Source of the DNA: an uncultured beta proteobacterium
GTDB taxonomy: Bacteria > Pseudomonadota > Gammaproteobacteria > Burkholderiales > Burkholderiaceae_E
NCBI GenBank assembly: GCA_963696745.1
Contig: CAVOLL010000002.1
Location: 844,171 to 908,170 of the forward strand
DNA: 64,000 nucleotides
Direction of reading: 5' to 3'
Both the position numbers and the translations under genes were made by a program. The notes beneath the pieces were generated by a model that was not told the origin of the DNA, made no database searches, and was given only the letters and a program-made list of their open reading frames with translations. Position 1 is the first letter of the stretch, and every line of letters starts with the position of its first letter. Of this stretch, positions 63,100-64,000 are shown piece by piece.

Positions 63100-64000
63100 A
63101 TGGCAGCGAAGCCCGATCCAGGCGACGAGAGGCTCGTCCCAGAGGACCCGCACTCCGAAGCGATCAGCGCGGAGTTGCACTGCATCTTCCTCAAGCACGG
63201 CCGGCGCTTTCCCTTCGCCATCCTGATCGTCGTCTGGCTGCTGGTGTTCATCACGCTCGAGAGCTCTTCGTCGCGGCTGCTGCTCACCTGGGGCGGCGCG
63301 GTCAGCGCGCTCGCGATCATCCGGCAGGTACTCTGCGTCATCTACGCCAACGCGGGCAGCACGCCGCAGCTGCTGCGCAGGCGGCTTCACATCGTCGTGA
63401 CGGTCTGGGTCCTGGGCGGACTGGTCGTCGGGGCCGGCGCGCTGATCTGGTTCCCGGTGCTCTCGCTCGAGGAGCGGATCGTCTTCTCGATCGCCTACCT
63501 TGCGGCCTACACCGGCGCGGTAGTGGTGTCGCTGTCGAGTCCGACCTCTTCGTTCCTGTTCGGCACGGGTGTGCTCGGGCCGCTCGCCTTCGCCTGGATG
63601 CTGAACGCTCGCGCGCCCGGCCTGATGATCGCGCTGATCCTGCTGACCATGCTGATCTACGTCAGGGAAGCGTCGGGCGACGCGTACGACGCGATCCGTG
63701 CGGCGATCCGTTCCAAGTTGCGCGAGGAGGAACTGGTGCGCAGGATGGAGCAACACGGCGTCGAGCTCGAGACTGCGATGCGCGCGAAGTCCCAGTTCCT
63801 CGCCGCCGCCAGCCACGACCTGCGCCAGCCTGTCACGTCGATGAACCTGCTGCTCAGCGCGCTGTTCGCCTCGCGCGATGCGCAGGCCGTGCGCAGCGTG
63901 GCCGCGAAGTTCGAGGCGCCGTTGCGCGCGCTCGAGGAGATCCTTTCGTCGCTGCTGGAGGTCTCCCGGCTGGAGGCCGGGATCATCGAGGTGCATCGGC
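63100..64000 (+). CDS. membrane-bound sensor histidine kinase (runs off the window)
   Basis: Manual translation from ATG 63100: several TM segments, then the H-box AKSQFLAAASHDLRQP and LLEVSRLEAG. Confidence 0.88.
   Translation, partial: MAAKPDPGDERLVPEDPHSEAISAELHCIFLKHGRRFPFAILIVVWLLVFITLESSSSRLLLTWGGAVSALAIIRQVLCVIYANAGSTPQLLRRRLHIVVTVWVLGGLVVGAGALIWFPVLSLEERIVFSIAYLAAYTGAVVVSLSSPTSSFLFGTGVLGPLAFAWMLNARAPGLMIALILLTMLIYVREASGDAYDAIRAAIRSKLREEELVRRMEQHGVELETAMRAKSQFLAAASHDLRQPVTSMNLLLSALFASRDAQAVRSVAAKFEAPLRALEEILSSLLEVSRLEAGIIEVHR

Noticed and set aside
120-63996. Numerous long antisense or alternate-frame ORFs (e.g. 5741-8668 +, 25419-27980 -, 43374-45197 -, 63058-63996 -)
   Set aside because: Shadow ORFs typical of high-GC DNA; they overlap recognisable genes and carry no motifs.

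Overview
High-GC (about 70% by eye) chromosomal segment whose gene content and order point to a Burkholderiales-type betaproteobacterium. Many genes are split by single-base indels, including essential ones (dnaB, rplI, hom, thrC), so I read the frameshifts as consensus errors rather than pseudogenes. Left to right: a PiT transporter with degenerate binding motifs plus DUF47; DUF1841-nth-rnfB; phaZ with a PhaR-type box; a 7Fe ferredoxin coupled to a large NfnB/GltD-NfnA/PyrK-like fused flavoenzyme; a roughly 13.7 kb reductive nicotinate-catabolism cluster (Mo-hydroxylase, 6-hydroxynicotinate reductase, ApbE-like UPF0280, DUF1185, Liv-type ABC transporter, enamidase, TetR) directly upstream of pncB; a split neutral-lipid locus (PHA-granule protein, acyl-CoA-binding protein, WS/DGAT, then PhaD-like TetR, patatin, PhaF, two-domain fatty acyl-CoA reductase, lipase, LaoA/LaoB-like alcohol oxidation genes) interrupted by recCBD, a thiolase and an SAF oxidoreductase; then housekeeping genes (rpsF-priB-rpsR-rplI-dnaB, phoH2, bcp, alaC-hom-thrC, mobB-moeA-moaD-moaE-crcB, a sensor kinase). 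I saw no rRNA, tRNA, CRISPR array or mobile element. The best leads are a putative wax-ester synthesis/turnover system, the nicotinate module with orphan steps and a possible bifurcating electron supply, and the non-canonical PiT. All family assignments come from motif recognition by eye; no database searches were run.
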